Assembly (NCBI RefSeq): GCF_964204645.1
Contig: NC_134031.1
Coordinates: 14,309,807-14,373,806, forward strand
Origin: Tubulanus polymorphus
Lineage: Eukaryota; Animalia; Nemertea
Length of the DNA stretch: 64,000 nucleotides
Direction of reading: 5' to 3'
This document shows positions 26,143 to 37,392 of this stretch, one piece after another (the first letter of the stretch is position 1; every line of letters begins with the position of its first letter). A program made the position numbers and the translations under genes. Below the pieces are notes generated by a model. It ran no database searches, had not been told where the DNA came from, and worked only from the letters and a program-made list of their open reading frames with translations.

Positions 26143-27379
26143 GTAATTATTATTTCTCCGATTCGTGATTACATTTTCAAAATGTTGATCTGCATAACAA
26201 CCCGATGCTTAAACGATAGGAAATATCAATACTAATCATAATAATGATAGTAATATCACAATAACTACGGGGTTTTCATTACATTTATCGGGAATAAGAT
26301 GATAAGAAAATCTTGAAGAAATGATTTAGGGTGGTGAGAGAGGATTCTGCGAGGATCCACCAGGTGTCGCTAGTGTTACTGTGTAGGATATCTGCTATAT
26401 TTCGACGTTTTTATTTTTTACTTGCAGTATTTATTTGCGACGTATGACCACGATGGAGATGGATTGTCACTACAGGAATATTTGGAAGATTGGTTCACGT
26501 AAGTTCATTTATTTTTAAGAATTACGATTTTACAACGAGTATATTGTTAATATATCAATTACTAAAAAAAGACAGCATACTTTTTTTACTCGTTATTGTC
26601 ACCTATCTGTTTCTAACTTTAAAATATTTTATCTGCAAATGCAATGAAACTTGGTTACACTTCATATTGTTGCTTGTATCTGTTGCATAACACCAGATAA
26701 CACTTATATAAGTTCTAGAATATGAAGAGTAGTGGTCTATAATTATTGATGTATGTTTCCAACCATTAACAAAAAATGCCGTAATATTGTTTTCTAGAGG
26801 TCTTTTACCCCATTGGCAGGCCGACTACTAGCTTTGATAACTGTGACCTATAGAAAAACATATCATTAATGCTACTACAGTCTATCATTATTATCGTTAT
26901 AAGGTTTTCTGCAAGATTTAATTGAGCAAACTTCATTCCTTCTTCATTTTGTTACCCATATCCATTTCCCAACTTAAATAAAGTGTTCGTGCAAGTATTG
27001 AATTGTTAGCCATTAGGATCACTATTTTATATTAAATTTCAATTTCAGAAAGAAGGTCGTGAAACATTGGAAAAGCTGCTACGTTGAGTATGATTACGAT
27101 GAGAGTGGTAAGCTAGACGACGAGACGGAAATAGAGGGTTTTTTGGCATCTTTGGGTTTTACTGGAAAACGAGGCCGAGATATGAAAAATAAATTAGATG
27201 AAGATAAAGACGGCACGCTGACATTTAAAGAATTTGAAAATTACGCCAAAGTGGAACTTCGCAAGCAACTTGCGGAAAAATGTGAAATATTCTACATGCA
27301 TTTGGCGGATAAAATGTTAACGAAAGACGCCGATTTAGAATGCAATAAACCTGTTGTTGATATTAGTGGTATTTTGTAA
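25964..27379 (+). CDS. Four-EF-hand (calmodulin-like) calcium-binding protein gene, 3 exons (25964-26142, 26428-26498, 27049-27379), ~193 aa if a -1 frameshift at 26018-26022 is corrected; as assembled it is frameshifted (possible pseudogene, null allele or assembly error)
   Basis: Manual splicing with phase-compatible GT-AG introns (phase 0 and phase 2) gives MEMDYGDVFEPLIDEYQIG/EKYKPKLNRVVELFVDNDSDGNKRLSKEEMSKVIKDKKYLE|YLFATYDHDGDGLSLQEYLEDWF T|KKVVKHWKSCYVEYDYDESGKLDDETEIEGFLASLGFTGKRGRDMKNKLDEDKDGTLTFKEFENYAK...GIL*. It has four EF-hand-like loops, a TATA box upstream, a strong start context (acaaaATGG) and AATAAA downstream. Confidence 0.85.
26428..26498 (+). CDS. EF-hand gene exon 2 (EF-hand 2)
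   Basis: Acceptor tttttacttgcag|, reads YLFATYDHDGDGLSLQEYLEDWF, donor AC|gtaagt. Confidence 0.85.
27049..27379 (+). CDS. EF-hand gene exon 3 (EF-hands 3 and 4, C-terminal extension)
   Basis: Acceptor tttcaatttcag|; in frame with supplied ORF 27059-27379; canonical loop DEDKDGTLTFKE and loop DYDESGKLDDETE; ends in TAA. Confidence 0.9.
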
Positions 27380-27426
27380 ACACCGCGATCAAAAATAACA
27401 ATTAATGAACTTTGGAATTCGTATCA

Positions 27427-27437
27427 AATAAAATAAA
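27427..27437 (+). terminator. Polyadenylation signal(s) of the EF-hand gene
   Basis: Overlapping AATAAA hexamers about 50 nt after the stop codon. Confidence 0.6.
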
Positions 27438-27649
27438 TGTTACATTTTATCGTAAAACCAAATATTCATTGAAACTAATTTGATTTTCAAGGATTTGAAT
27501 ATTTCCTGGCAGTTGCGAATAGCTACGGAGGTCTTGCAGTTATGTGCTTTTTCGACTGGCCTTTTTAAATTAAAGGGCAACACGAAAGAACCGCGCTTAT
27601 ATCTTGAAGTCACCACAAAATTCTGAAGGCGCTTATCTTTAAGTTGATT

Positions 27650-27953
27650 AGATCAGGCTTGAGCAGAGACTACTGTACCATCAAACTCAGATGTCACTGT
27701 CAAGTCAAAAGATCAGGCTTGAGCAGAGTCTACTGTACCATCCAACCGAGATATCACAATCAAGTCAAAAGATTTGACTACAACTCAAGTCGGATGTTTT
27801 GACTCGAGAGTGATATCTGAGTTGGATGGTACAATAGACTCCGCTCAAGTCGGGTCTTTTAACTTGAGAGTGATATATGAGTTGGGTGACAGTGTTGACT
27901 CCGCTCAAGTCGGATCTTTAGATTTGAAACCGATATCCGAGTAGTATGGTACA
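27650..27953. mobile_element. Right array of ~60-bp units, internally palindromic (forward units 27650-27780, inverted units 27784-27953)
   Basis: 60-bp periodicity is visible directly; orientation switches near 27780; the outer part mirrors 24420-24600. Confidence 0.7.
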
Positions 27954-30900
27954 GGCGTATATGGCTGGCCAGAAAACTCGTTTTGATAAACGAATTGAAG
28001 AGTTATTCCTGGGGATATTTTTGACATTCAGTCTATGAAACAGAGTCCAGGGACACCAACGCATTCTTCACGCGTAGGTGAAATGCATGTTTCGATTGAA
28101 ATGTCTCGATCCCTTTGAGGTCGAGATAGGAAGAATGCCAACAATGTTGCCGTTTATTCGATAAACGTTGTCGGCAAAAAATGACGATGTCTACTTCATC
28201 CTTAGGAGTTTTAGGATGGAAGCGTCTATTGGGCTCGAGTCCCACATCATTTCGTCTTTTTATACGATCGATATTCAAGACGTTGAGGTAAAGCGTCAGT
28301 TGGGTTCGAGTCCCACGCAACTTCATTAGTTTTTTCCATTTTTCCAAAATCGATCTTATACTTGTAGTTGCCCGCCAGCTAATGACGTAATAATGAGAAG
28401 CATAGATTTCAGAGTGAACTCAATGCATCAAAAGAAAGTTTTGCTCTAATTGTATCGAACTAATTAATGCCACGAAGAAGATAGAAGGATCCAGTTCTCG
28501 CTATGATTGGACTCATTTGTGATGTTTTCATTTTCCTACGTTAAAAATTTCATAGAACATAAGACTATGCGCGCATTACGTAATATCAATTCGGGAACAA
28601 ACGTCATACTGAAGATTGTTTTACAGAGATCAATCGGACACAGGAAAGTATTTCACTGACATTTTTCCTTTTTGAAAAATGTAATAGATAGTATCGTGGA
28701 TCGTCTCGACATCTTACGGAAAGCATTGTCAGTAGTAGAATAATCACAATGAGACACAGAATCAATCAATGGAGCCGGTTTTACATACTGGTATTAATTT
28801 TAATCTGGTGTTAACTAAATTAATTTCTAATTGAGTTAATTAACTTTTAATTGAGTTAACCCCCGGGTTAAAGATACTATATCACAGTTTATGTACCAGT
28901 CTTTAAAAGCGACCCCTGATATTTCGAAATATTTTAGCCCTACAATGATTTGAGACCCGATTCAACAAGTCTACAATGTGTCATGTTTAACTCATTAGGC
29001 GAAGAGGGCATTTGTACTTAGATAATCTACATGTCACAGTGCGGCACGCTAAACAATAGACCAGGCGTGTAGCGACGACGCTTGTAGTCGTACGAAACCA
29101 GAATTTACGCCTAAAGTGGATCCAGGGTCACGTAAACCAGCACTTACTCACTTAGCGGCTAACTGCTGTTCCTCTTAGAAAGCCCAATTTAACTCACTCG
29201 AATTTCAAACGCGTTTAGATTTATGGAATTGAATCGTAGATTGCTGAACAAACAATTGACATGTTTTCAATCGATACAAATTGAATATTGTATAACACTT
29301 GAAAACTATTGACATTTTTCTTGTAAATTTCCCGACGACGACGACGTGTCCTCGGGGCTATTAACAGTAAATATCAGTTATAGATTGGTGGATATTCAGC
29401 AACAGCAGCACCAGCACCGGCAGCAACAGAAGATCCAACGGCAGCAGAAGCTACACCGGCACCAGCACCAGCGCTGCATGCAGCTGCATCCATTCTGATA
29501 GGGTTAAACTCGATTGATATATTCAAATAATCAGTGACGCATCGAACTCCATTTTTTGTGTCAATTTATTTTCGATATCCAATTATTTTCACCGCCTCTG
29601 AGATGAAGATGAAACTTTGCATCAATTTTCATGTCGTACTAAACATCGTTTTTATTATAACCGCTATCTGACGACGGGAATATCGATTTATCGATCTATC
29701 AATCAATCAATGAAATAGATCGATAATTGATCAATGCGATTAAAAATACATCGATTTTCGTTATAGGTTTCTTGTCAAGTGGCTTCCCAAATAGAAAAAT
29801 AGTTACCTTCATAAAATCCCCCTATGACATCAATAAATAGTTACTAAATTTAGCTAATCGAATTCAGGATTCTAATTACCAGGCACTCTCATGATGTCAT
29901 AGGAGTCTGTCTCAGGTCTGTGCCTCATAGTTCTAAATGCCTATTATGACGTCATATGGGGATTGAGAACTCACACTTCGGGATCTCATCTGTGACTGTA
30001 CGTACTAACACTTTGATGACGTCATAGGGGGATTTCCTTCCGGAACGTGACTGTATAGATATTTTCATGATGCATTTTAGGGCGTGCAATTCGAAACAAA
30101 TATCGGTAGGCGCGTTCATAACATCAAAGGGGGATTTACAGGAGACATTATACCGCTTTCCACTAGGAGAATGTCGTCCTGCCATGAATGTCACTTGGAA
30201 CATAATATTGCCTATCTATTAATCAAATGTCAAATGTGTCCTACTGTTTATGATGTTGTATTTTTTCTCATATTCCGCGTAACGCTGTTTATTGTCTGAT
30301 GACGGATGGAATTATGATTGGGTGGCTCCGGTTGTTTCCCATGCACCGCGCGTGAGTAACACTGTAAATACTGATGACATTGTCAGTGCGACGTATAAGT
30401 TTGCCTACTATGGTGTATTTGCCGGAGCCACCAATCAAAGGAATTTATGCATACATTGCTAGAAGAAAAATGTCCACATCTTTTTCTGCATTTGCAAAAT
30501 TTGAGGTTTGAAGATCATGGGGGAGAAGACTGAAAGTGAGGAGAGTGGGGAAGAGGGAGGCAGGGATATCGATGGAGAAGAAGGGGCTTAGGGTGAACGC
30601 GGTGAGAGAGAGGGGGAAGGGAAAGATAAAGGAGAGGAGAGGGGGTACGAGGGAAAGAGAAAAAAGGACAGTAAGTCAAGAGAACTTAAGGCAGGGAGAG
30701 TGGATAGGAGTGAGGATGGAGGACAGGAGTGGAGAGGAGAGAAGAGAGAATAGAGGAAAAAGGATATGAGAGAGGATAGAGAGGACAGAGCTGGGTGAAG
30801 GATAGACAGGTAGGTCTCATAATGGCGGTTAAAAGCCTCCTGAGAGATAAAATCTCTCCACAATCAATGAATCCTACACGAACTTTAGTCACGATTTCTC

Positions 30901-33820
30901 ATATACCGCAGCAGTGATAAGTTTATCGTGATGATAAGCTTACATTATATGCGGTAAGAGTTCATGATAAGTAGCCGCAACTGATAGCGCGTTTCATAAT
31001 CCGCGCAGAGTCTATAAATATATAGATAAATGGAGAGGATCTGATGGACAATTTCTGAGTCTGAACAAGCTAACATCCAACATCAGTCATCAGTCATTCG
31101 TCATTGAAATTTATGATATCGATGTTTAGAACGCTGTGTTTGGGTGTGTGCTGCACGTGGTAACCAGACAGCCGTCTGTCCGACGTTCCTTGTCTGGTCA
31201 CCAGAATACACTTAAAATGCTTTTAACGAAAGCAAACATTAACGCACTTAGATGATTAAGAGTTTAATAGAACGTTATAGGCGTCGATTTCATAAATTGA
31301 CGATTTATACCCCGGAGTTACTACAGATCCTTGTTTCACGAGAGTGTCTAAAATCGGGATTCTGACCTAGCACAACCCCACGGAAAGTACATCTTTTTTG
31401 CCTAGAATCTAAAACCTCTTCATTCAATTTGCCTTTAATTCAAGAGAATTCAGGGAGGGCTTTATATTGGTTCAGTTACCCGCGTCCGTGGAGGCTGGGT
31501 CTGTCACCCGTCCTGTGTCCCTTTGAAGGCCACAGGTTATTATAGAACTATAACAATCTAAATATATGTGACAGTCTTTGAAAATGGAAAGAAAAGAAGC
31601 AATAGTGATTTTAGTTTACGAAACTTGAAAATTTTGATGATAACCAGTTATTTATCACCTATACACTCTACATGTTTTATAGAGTGACTCTACCTCGTGA
31701 GGCCACATCTATTCCACCACAAAACACGTTTCGTGTAATGTCAAATAAATTTGGTGCCCACTCGAGTCTCATCAGATATAGCCGAAACTTTCTCAGCCGC
31801 CATTAGTTATCACGCTCTCCGTCTGAAATCTCCTCTCTCCCGGTAACGATATCAAACTCAGCTGCGGAAAGAAACAGTGTCACTTGGGAATTTTTGCGTG
31901 TCACACAAAAAACTTCGATTTACGACTTGTAAAGCACATCTCTTTTTCCTCTCTATCTCCCACTATCCCCCTCCTTTCACCTCTCTCTATTTAACTGTTA
32001 TCTCGTTTTTCGCTTTGAATACTGCAGTATGTCGGCACCGGGAAGTTCGGGGACGTGGTCTGAAAGTCTGAACTTCGTGAATTAATAAAATATGGGGAAA
32101 ACGTTCTAAATGATTTACAGGCTTATTAGCCCGGTGAAAACAGATAGTCACCTGTCACATGTAGGTGGAACTTGTTTCTATTAGAAAAGTTTTCGCTACT
32201 GGTATCGTAAATAGTGCTACTAGTGTATAGAGTAGCTTCATCGGGTAAATGAGTAAACAGGTAGTAACTTTGTAAGTTAACTGATTTTATTAGAAATTAC
32301 GAGTTGTGGCTTCAGGTAGATGAGTCTTCTGATGAACCTTGATCCCCATTGATCCATTTCGCACACAAAAAAGAATGTGTTATTTCATTGATTGCGATTG
32401 GATTTAGAGAAATCAGGGCTGGAGATAGAGGAGGACGATGTCAGCAGAATATAGAACCTGGCTGCTCGGCGCCTGCAACACAATCAGTTCTGTTCGATGT
32501 GTATATTGGCGCCACGGGAGATATTCTATTGCGAGTCGCGGGCAACGCGCGAATAATTGGAAAGATTACATATTGCCGAGTTCCACGCGGCGTCGAGGCC
32601 CGTCGTGCCGCGTAATAGCGACAGAAGAATGAGGGAAATCTGCCGACAAAGTCGAATAGGCAATCGTACAATCATACTAGTCATTACCGTTGTCAAGCGA
32701 GTCTTGCAGATACAATTATTATGTTGAAAGTGAAATAGCCGGCAACTATTTTATTGTTCTCTGAACAGTAACCCAATGATGATAGCAGATTGCTGCTACT
32801 GCTGCTGCTGCTACTGATGTCGCATACAGTGTGTATCGGGTGGGAAAATGATTTTCATATCGCTGACTTACGAAGACGCGACAGGTGGGAGGGGGACAGA
32901 GGGAGGGGAAAAGAGTGAGCAGTGAGGGAGGCAGAGGGAGGCCTGAGAGACTGAGGGAGGGAGAGAGGGGAAAGGGGGAGACATAGAGAGGGAGGGAGAG
33001 AGGGATGGAGAGGGAGTCAGAGAGAGGGGCGAAGTAGGGAGAAGAGGAGTCTGAGAGAAGGGAGAGGGAGGGAGAAGAGAGAGCTAGTGGAGGGGTGGAC
33101 GTGAGATGCCGAAACTACCAAAATCAGGCCGAATCTAAAAATAACTCTCAGCCGTTATACTTTCAAAGTTCTAAATAGTATTTTCGTTGATGAGAAAAGT
33201 CATTCGTCCGCACTGCGAATGGAGAGTGATTTCCATGATACTAGTCATTTCTTTAAGCATGCATTATTTAGCTGGTTCTACGCACAGAGGACCCGTCGTG
33301 ATGTTAATGATTGGTTCTAGTACGAGTCGACGACGGGCTAATAGTTACCGGAGTGACAACCTGACAGTGATCTGTTGTCCGTTTGGGACCTGATCGTGAA
33401 CACGCGATAGGGTTGACGGATATGCCATTAAAGCCTGAACACCGGTTATTAGATGTTGAAAGGTTTTCGCCGCCAAAGTGGAGGCTATTTTGTCGTTGGA
33501 TGGTTCGTGATGGATCGACTGAAAAGGAAAGGGGAGGGGTTAAGAAGAGCCTATTAGGTAGAACAATACTAATGTACCTCTGTGAAGTAGGTATCAATTT
33601 GTGCTGCATTTAGAAGCAAGTGAAATTGACCGAACGGTCAGAAATACCCATCGTCATGTTTTTGAGAGCTTTTTGAGGAACGTTCGTACGTATCAACTTG
33701 GTGGAACTAGGCACAGAGTCAAATAATATTCACAAAACTGTAGAATTGGGTCCAGACTAAAATCAAACCCACCAACTGAGGAACTGAGTCCAAAGCTAAG
33801 TTAATTGCACACTGTTAAAC

Positions 33821-33851
33821 CTACGAGCAATTATCTAACAATTCCTCGTAG
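33821..33851. mobile_element. 31-bp palindromic micro-element with a 7-bp TSD
   Basis: GTTAAAC-ctacgagcaattatctaacaattcctcgtag-GTTAAAC. Confidence 0.55.
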
Positions 33852-33889
33852 GTTAAACTGAACCCAAAGTCAAATTACATCCAAACAAT

Positions 33890-34452
33890 GGTGGAACTGG
33901 ATCCGAGTCAATTTAAAACCCAACTATTAACTGGGCCCAGAGACAAATTAAACCCACACAACTGTGGAACGAGGTCCAGGGTCAAATTAAATTCACACAA
34001 CAACTGTGGAACTGGATCCAGAGTCAAATCAAACCCACACAACTGTGGAACTGGATCCACCATCAAATTAAACCCACACAACTGTGGAACTAGGCCAAGA
34101 GCCAAATTAAACCCGCACAACTGTGGAATTGGGCCCAGGGTCAATATTAAACCTGCACAACTGTGGAACTGGGTCATCCATCAAATTAAACCCACACAAC
34201 TGTGGAACTAGGCCAAGAGCCAAATTAAACCCGCACAACTGTGGAATTGGGCCCAGGGTCAATACTAAACCTGCACAACTGTGGAACTGGGTCATCCATC
34301 AAATTAAACCCACACGACTGCGGAACTGGATCCACCATCAAATTAAACCCACATAACTGTGGAACTGGGTCCAGGGTCAAATTAAACCCACACAATCGTG
34401 GAACTGGGCCCAGAGCCAAATTAAACCCACATCAATGTGGAACTGGATCCAG
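33890..34452. repeat. Minisatellite, ~39-bp unit AACTGTGGAACTGGGTCCAGGGTCAAATTAAACCCACAC with a 118-bp higher-order duplication
   Basis: Core recurs every ~39 bp; 34061-34178 is duplicated at 34179-34296. Confidence 0.9.
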
Positions 34453-34689
34453 AACAGTTATTTTTCGTTAGGTTGCAGTTCAATCAGTATTGCACACAGT
34501 CGGTTTTCTGACAGCGACGTAAAACAAATTACCCTTTATATTCATTTCTGGTTTCCCGGTTTTGTTTAAAAGTTGTTGATTTATTTACGAGGTTCATCTA
34601 TCAAACTGTCCGGCAGACGACACCAGGAGATATTAGTTCTCATCAAGTGACAGCCTCGTTCCCAATGCAGCAACCGACAAATGCAACAC

Positions 34690-35973
34690 TATAGACTCAG
34701 GATGAAATTCTACCCCCCGTTGGTGTTACCGAGAAGCAGTTTGTGAAATACAATAGACTCTGTCCTTTTCTGTGGTAAAGTTGAGACCGGTAAAATTCTA
34801 CCCCAAATTTGTGTCAAATACTGAGTAAGAGTTTGTGAAATACAGTAGACTCTGTCTCTTACTGCAGTGAAGAAGAGACCGGTAAAATTCTACCCCGAAT
34901 AGGTGATAAATACCGAGTAAGAGTTTGTGAAATATAGTAGACTCTGACTCTTACTGCAGCGAAGTTGAGACCGGTACAATTCTACCCCGAGTTGGTGTCA
35001 AATACTGAGTAAGAGTTTGTGAAATATAGTAGACTCTGTCTCTTGCCTGCGGCAAAGTTAAGACTGGTAAAATTGTACCCAGAGAGATACCGAGTAAGAG
35101 ATTGTGAAATACAGTAGACTCTGACTCTTACTATACCTTGAGTTGGTGTAAAATACTGAGTAAGAGTTTGTGAAATACAGTAGACTCTGACTTTTACTAT
35201 ACCTTGAGTTGGTATCAAATACTGAGTAAGAATTTGTGAAATACAGTAGACTCTGTAAGAGTCGACATCTATAAAGATGGCCGCTCACACCATAATTCTA
35301 CCAATTTCGTTTCTAGATCTTCGGTCCAGTCCTCTGCCGTGCTGAAGGTTTGGTTTACGTTTTGAACTACTTGAATTTGAAAGTTTATGACTAATTACGA
35401 ATGACGCTAACCAGCGGTGATAATTTGTACTACGTATATGCGGTCTCTCATTGGCTGGAACCCCTGCGCTCAGTTCCGTCGCGTCGCAGATGAGCTTATG
35501 TCGGCTGCGATCGAAAGCAACTGCCCGCCTACCGTAGGCCGGAGTAGAACATGGGCAACTAGCCGGAACGGCTTGCGACGAGTCGGTAGGTGTCGGTAGG
35601 CGTCGCGTTGCCGTCGCAAGTCGGCTAATGTCGAACCGATTGAGGAGCAACTGGCGGCCTCTCGTAGGCCGCTAGTTGCCGCTAATCGGCGATAAACCCA
35701 GTTGCGTCGGTAGGCGTCGCGTTGCTTGTCGACATAAGCCAGCCTATAGTAGAATATGTCTCTTGCCTGCGGAAAAGTTGAGACCTGTACAATTCTACCC
35801 AGAGAGATACCGAGTGAAAGAGTGTGAAATACAGTAGACTCTGACTCTTATTATACCTTGAGTTGGTGTCAAATACTGAGTAAGAATTTGTGAAATACAG
35901 TAGACTCTGACTCTTACTATACCTTGAGTTGGTGTCAAATACTGAGTAAGAGTTTGAGAAATACAGTAGACTC
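34690..35973. repeat. Tandem array of ~94/66-bp units (gagtaagagtttgtgaaatacagtagactctg core) interrupted by a GC-rich insertion at ~35256-35750
   Basis: Units on both sides of the insertion share the same variants. Confidence 0.85.
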
Positions 35974-36873
35974 AGGGGAATTTATTTCGTATCCATCCAT
36001 TCTTTCTTCCACCGAAATGCAAGAATCAAACAGCTACCATACATCTCTATCGACTTTTGAAAAATGTTCAGACTTTGGTTCCGCATCTTAAACCGGTGAA
36101 GATGCACTGTCATTTTTATCGATTTAACTCTCCCGGTCGACGGTTAAGTGGTTACCGATGTAAACGCCCAGTAATCATGGCTACTTCAACCGAGCCATTG
36201 CGTATATCACAAAGCAATTATCTGCAAGATAAAATAAGCTTCCCCTGTTTCACCGATAGGGATAAACTGAAAAGCCTTGTATAGAAAATTGCTGTCAAAA
36301 ATAACTGAAGTTCTGTCTGCCGAAAGTAACGCGTCAATCGACTGCTAAACAAAATTTGCCGTTTAATTTTCGTAGGAAAATTTTCACAACAAATTGAGAA
36401 AATCCTAAATCTCAGAGAAAATCTTAAATCTCAAATCTTAAATGATAAATCTCAGTATTGACCATGGCGGCCAGAATTGTAGAGAATATTATAATTTGAT
36501 CTACAGATAACATCGTTCTAATCCATGCATCGACATGAAGTATCAGTTTGATTTGTCGAAAAAAGTTTTGCATGTAACTTTAAAAAAGTTTACTATGATT
36601 GAACAAATTATTCGGCAATAAACCACGGGCCCAGTTCCACAAAAAGGTCGTTAAGATAAACCGATGAAGGAATTATTTAAGATTGACATTAATGGTTAAA
36701 TGTTTTTGTTTGATTGTGTCTTTGGAAGGACCTATCGCGTCTGGTAATTTCTTCTGTTTATCTTAGAATCGATTTATAGTATAGTAGTTTATTTGTCACC
36801 ATCAATATGTACAAATAAAAAAAATAACAAAGTAGGTAACAGACACGGAGGTGACGGGAGCCCGAGCAGAGCC

Positions 36874-37030
36874 ATGAAGTCGATATACATAGTATATATA
36901 AATTTAGGAGGTAATCAGTTTTTGGATAAGCTGGCATTGAAGGAGTTGGAACTTGTTTATGTAACTGAAACCTGGGTTGGTTCCTGATTTGCAGCGGAGT
37001 CACTATGATTTTTGTAGGGGTAATAATCAA
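36874..37030 (+). mobile_element. Non-LTR retrotransposon ORF2 fragment (apurinic-like endonuclease N-terminus), degraded
   Basis: MKSIYIVYINLGG...LELVYVTETWVG matches the first APE motifs (I.Y.N.RG and IV.VTETW); stop/frameshift follows. Confidence 0.5.
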
Positions 37031-37140
37031 AACACGCGGAACTACAGCCAAGCTCCAATATACCGCCATCCCTTAAACTGCCACCCTAGCCTACCACCAG
37101 ATTTTCTCAACCATAGATATCGATACGAGACATAGTAAAA

Positions 37141-37386
37141 CACCCCCGATATACCACCATACTCTTAGTATGATAACCACTCATACGTCAGCTCAGGACA
37201 CCCAACGATGATCTCTAGAGCCAGGGTGATATCGAAACGTCGTGTATTTCATTTTAGATTTTTTGTATAAACAAATTCTCGATTTTAGAATTCTTTTAAT
37301 TTGTACATAGTGGGTTTTTATCTTACCACCATACTCTCTATGCCGCCAAAATCGTTCTACGCCGATGTGGGTGGTATATCGGGGTG
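37141..37386. mobile_element. Small inverted-repeat element (MITE-like) hosting the family B insertion
   Basis: cacccccgatataccacc (37141-37158) versus ggtggtatatcggggtg (37370-37386). Confidence 0.5.
37166..37323 (+). mobile_element. ~160-bp insertion with a degenerate minimal hammerhead (family B), flanked by a 14-bp direct repeat
   Basis: ACAC-ccaacga-t-GAT...ATC-GAAA-CG-TC-GTGT at 37198-37245; TACCACCATACTCT at 37152-37165 and 37324-37337. Confidence 0.6.
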
Positions 37387-37392
37387 ACTATA

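Noticed and set aside
25964-27379. Identification as an aequorin-type photoprotein or sarcoplasmic calcium-binding protein (similar length, W/H/Y-rich)
   Set aside because: Four evenly and closely spaced loops do not fit the EF1/EF3/EF4 spacing of that family; no diagnostic motif was recognised.
28606-28650. ctgaagattg...caatcgg hammerhead-like hairpin
   Set aside because: Lacks GAAA and helix I; too degenerate to support.
31722-31780. Minus-strand CTGATGA...GAAACGTG
   Set aside because: No helix I or II pairing and G at the cleavage position.
33888-34471. CRISPR-like repeat/spacer appearance and NPHNCGTG-repeat ORFs
   Set aside because: The inter-core sequences are homologous to each other rather than unique spacers, there are no cas genes, the context is eukaryotic and the frames break; it is a minisatellite.
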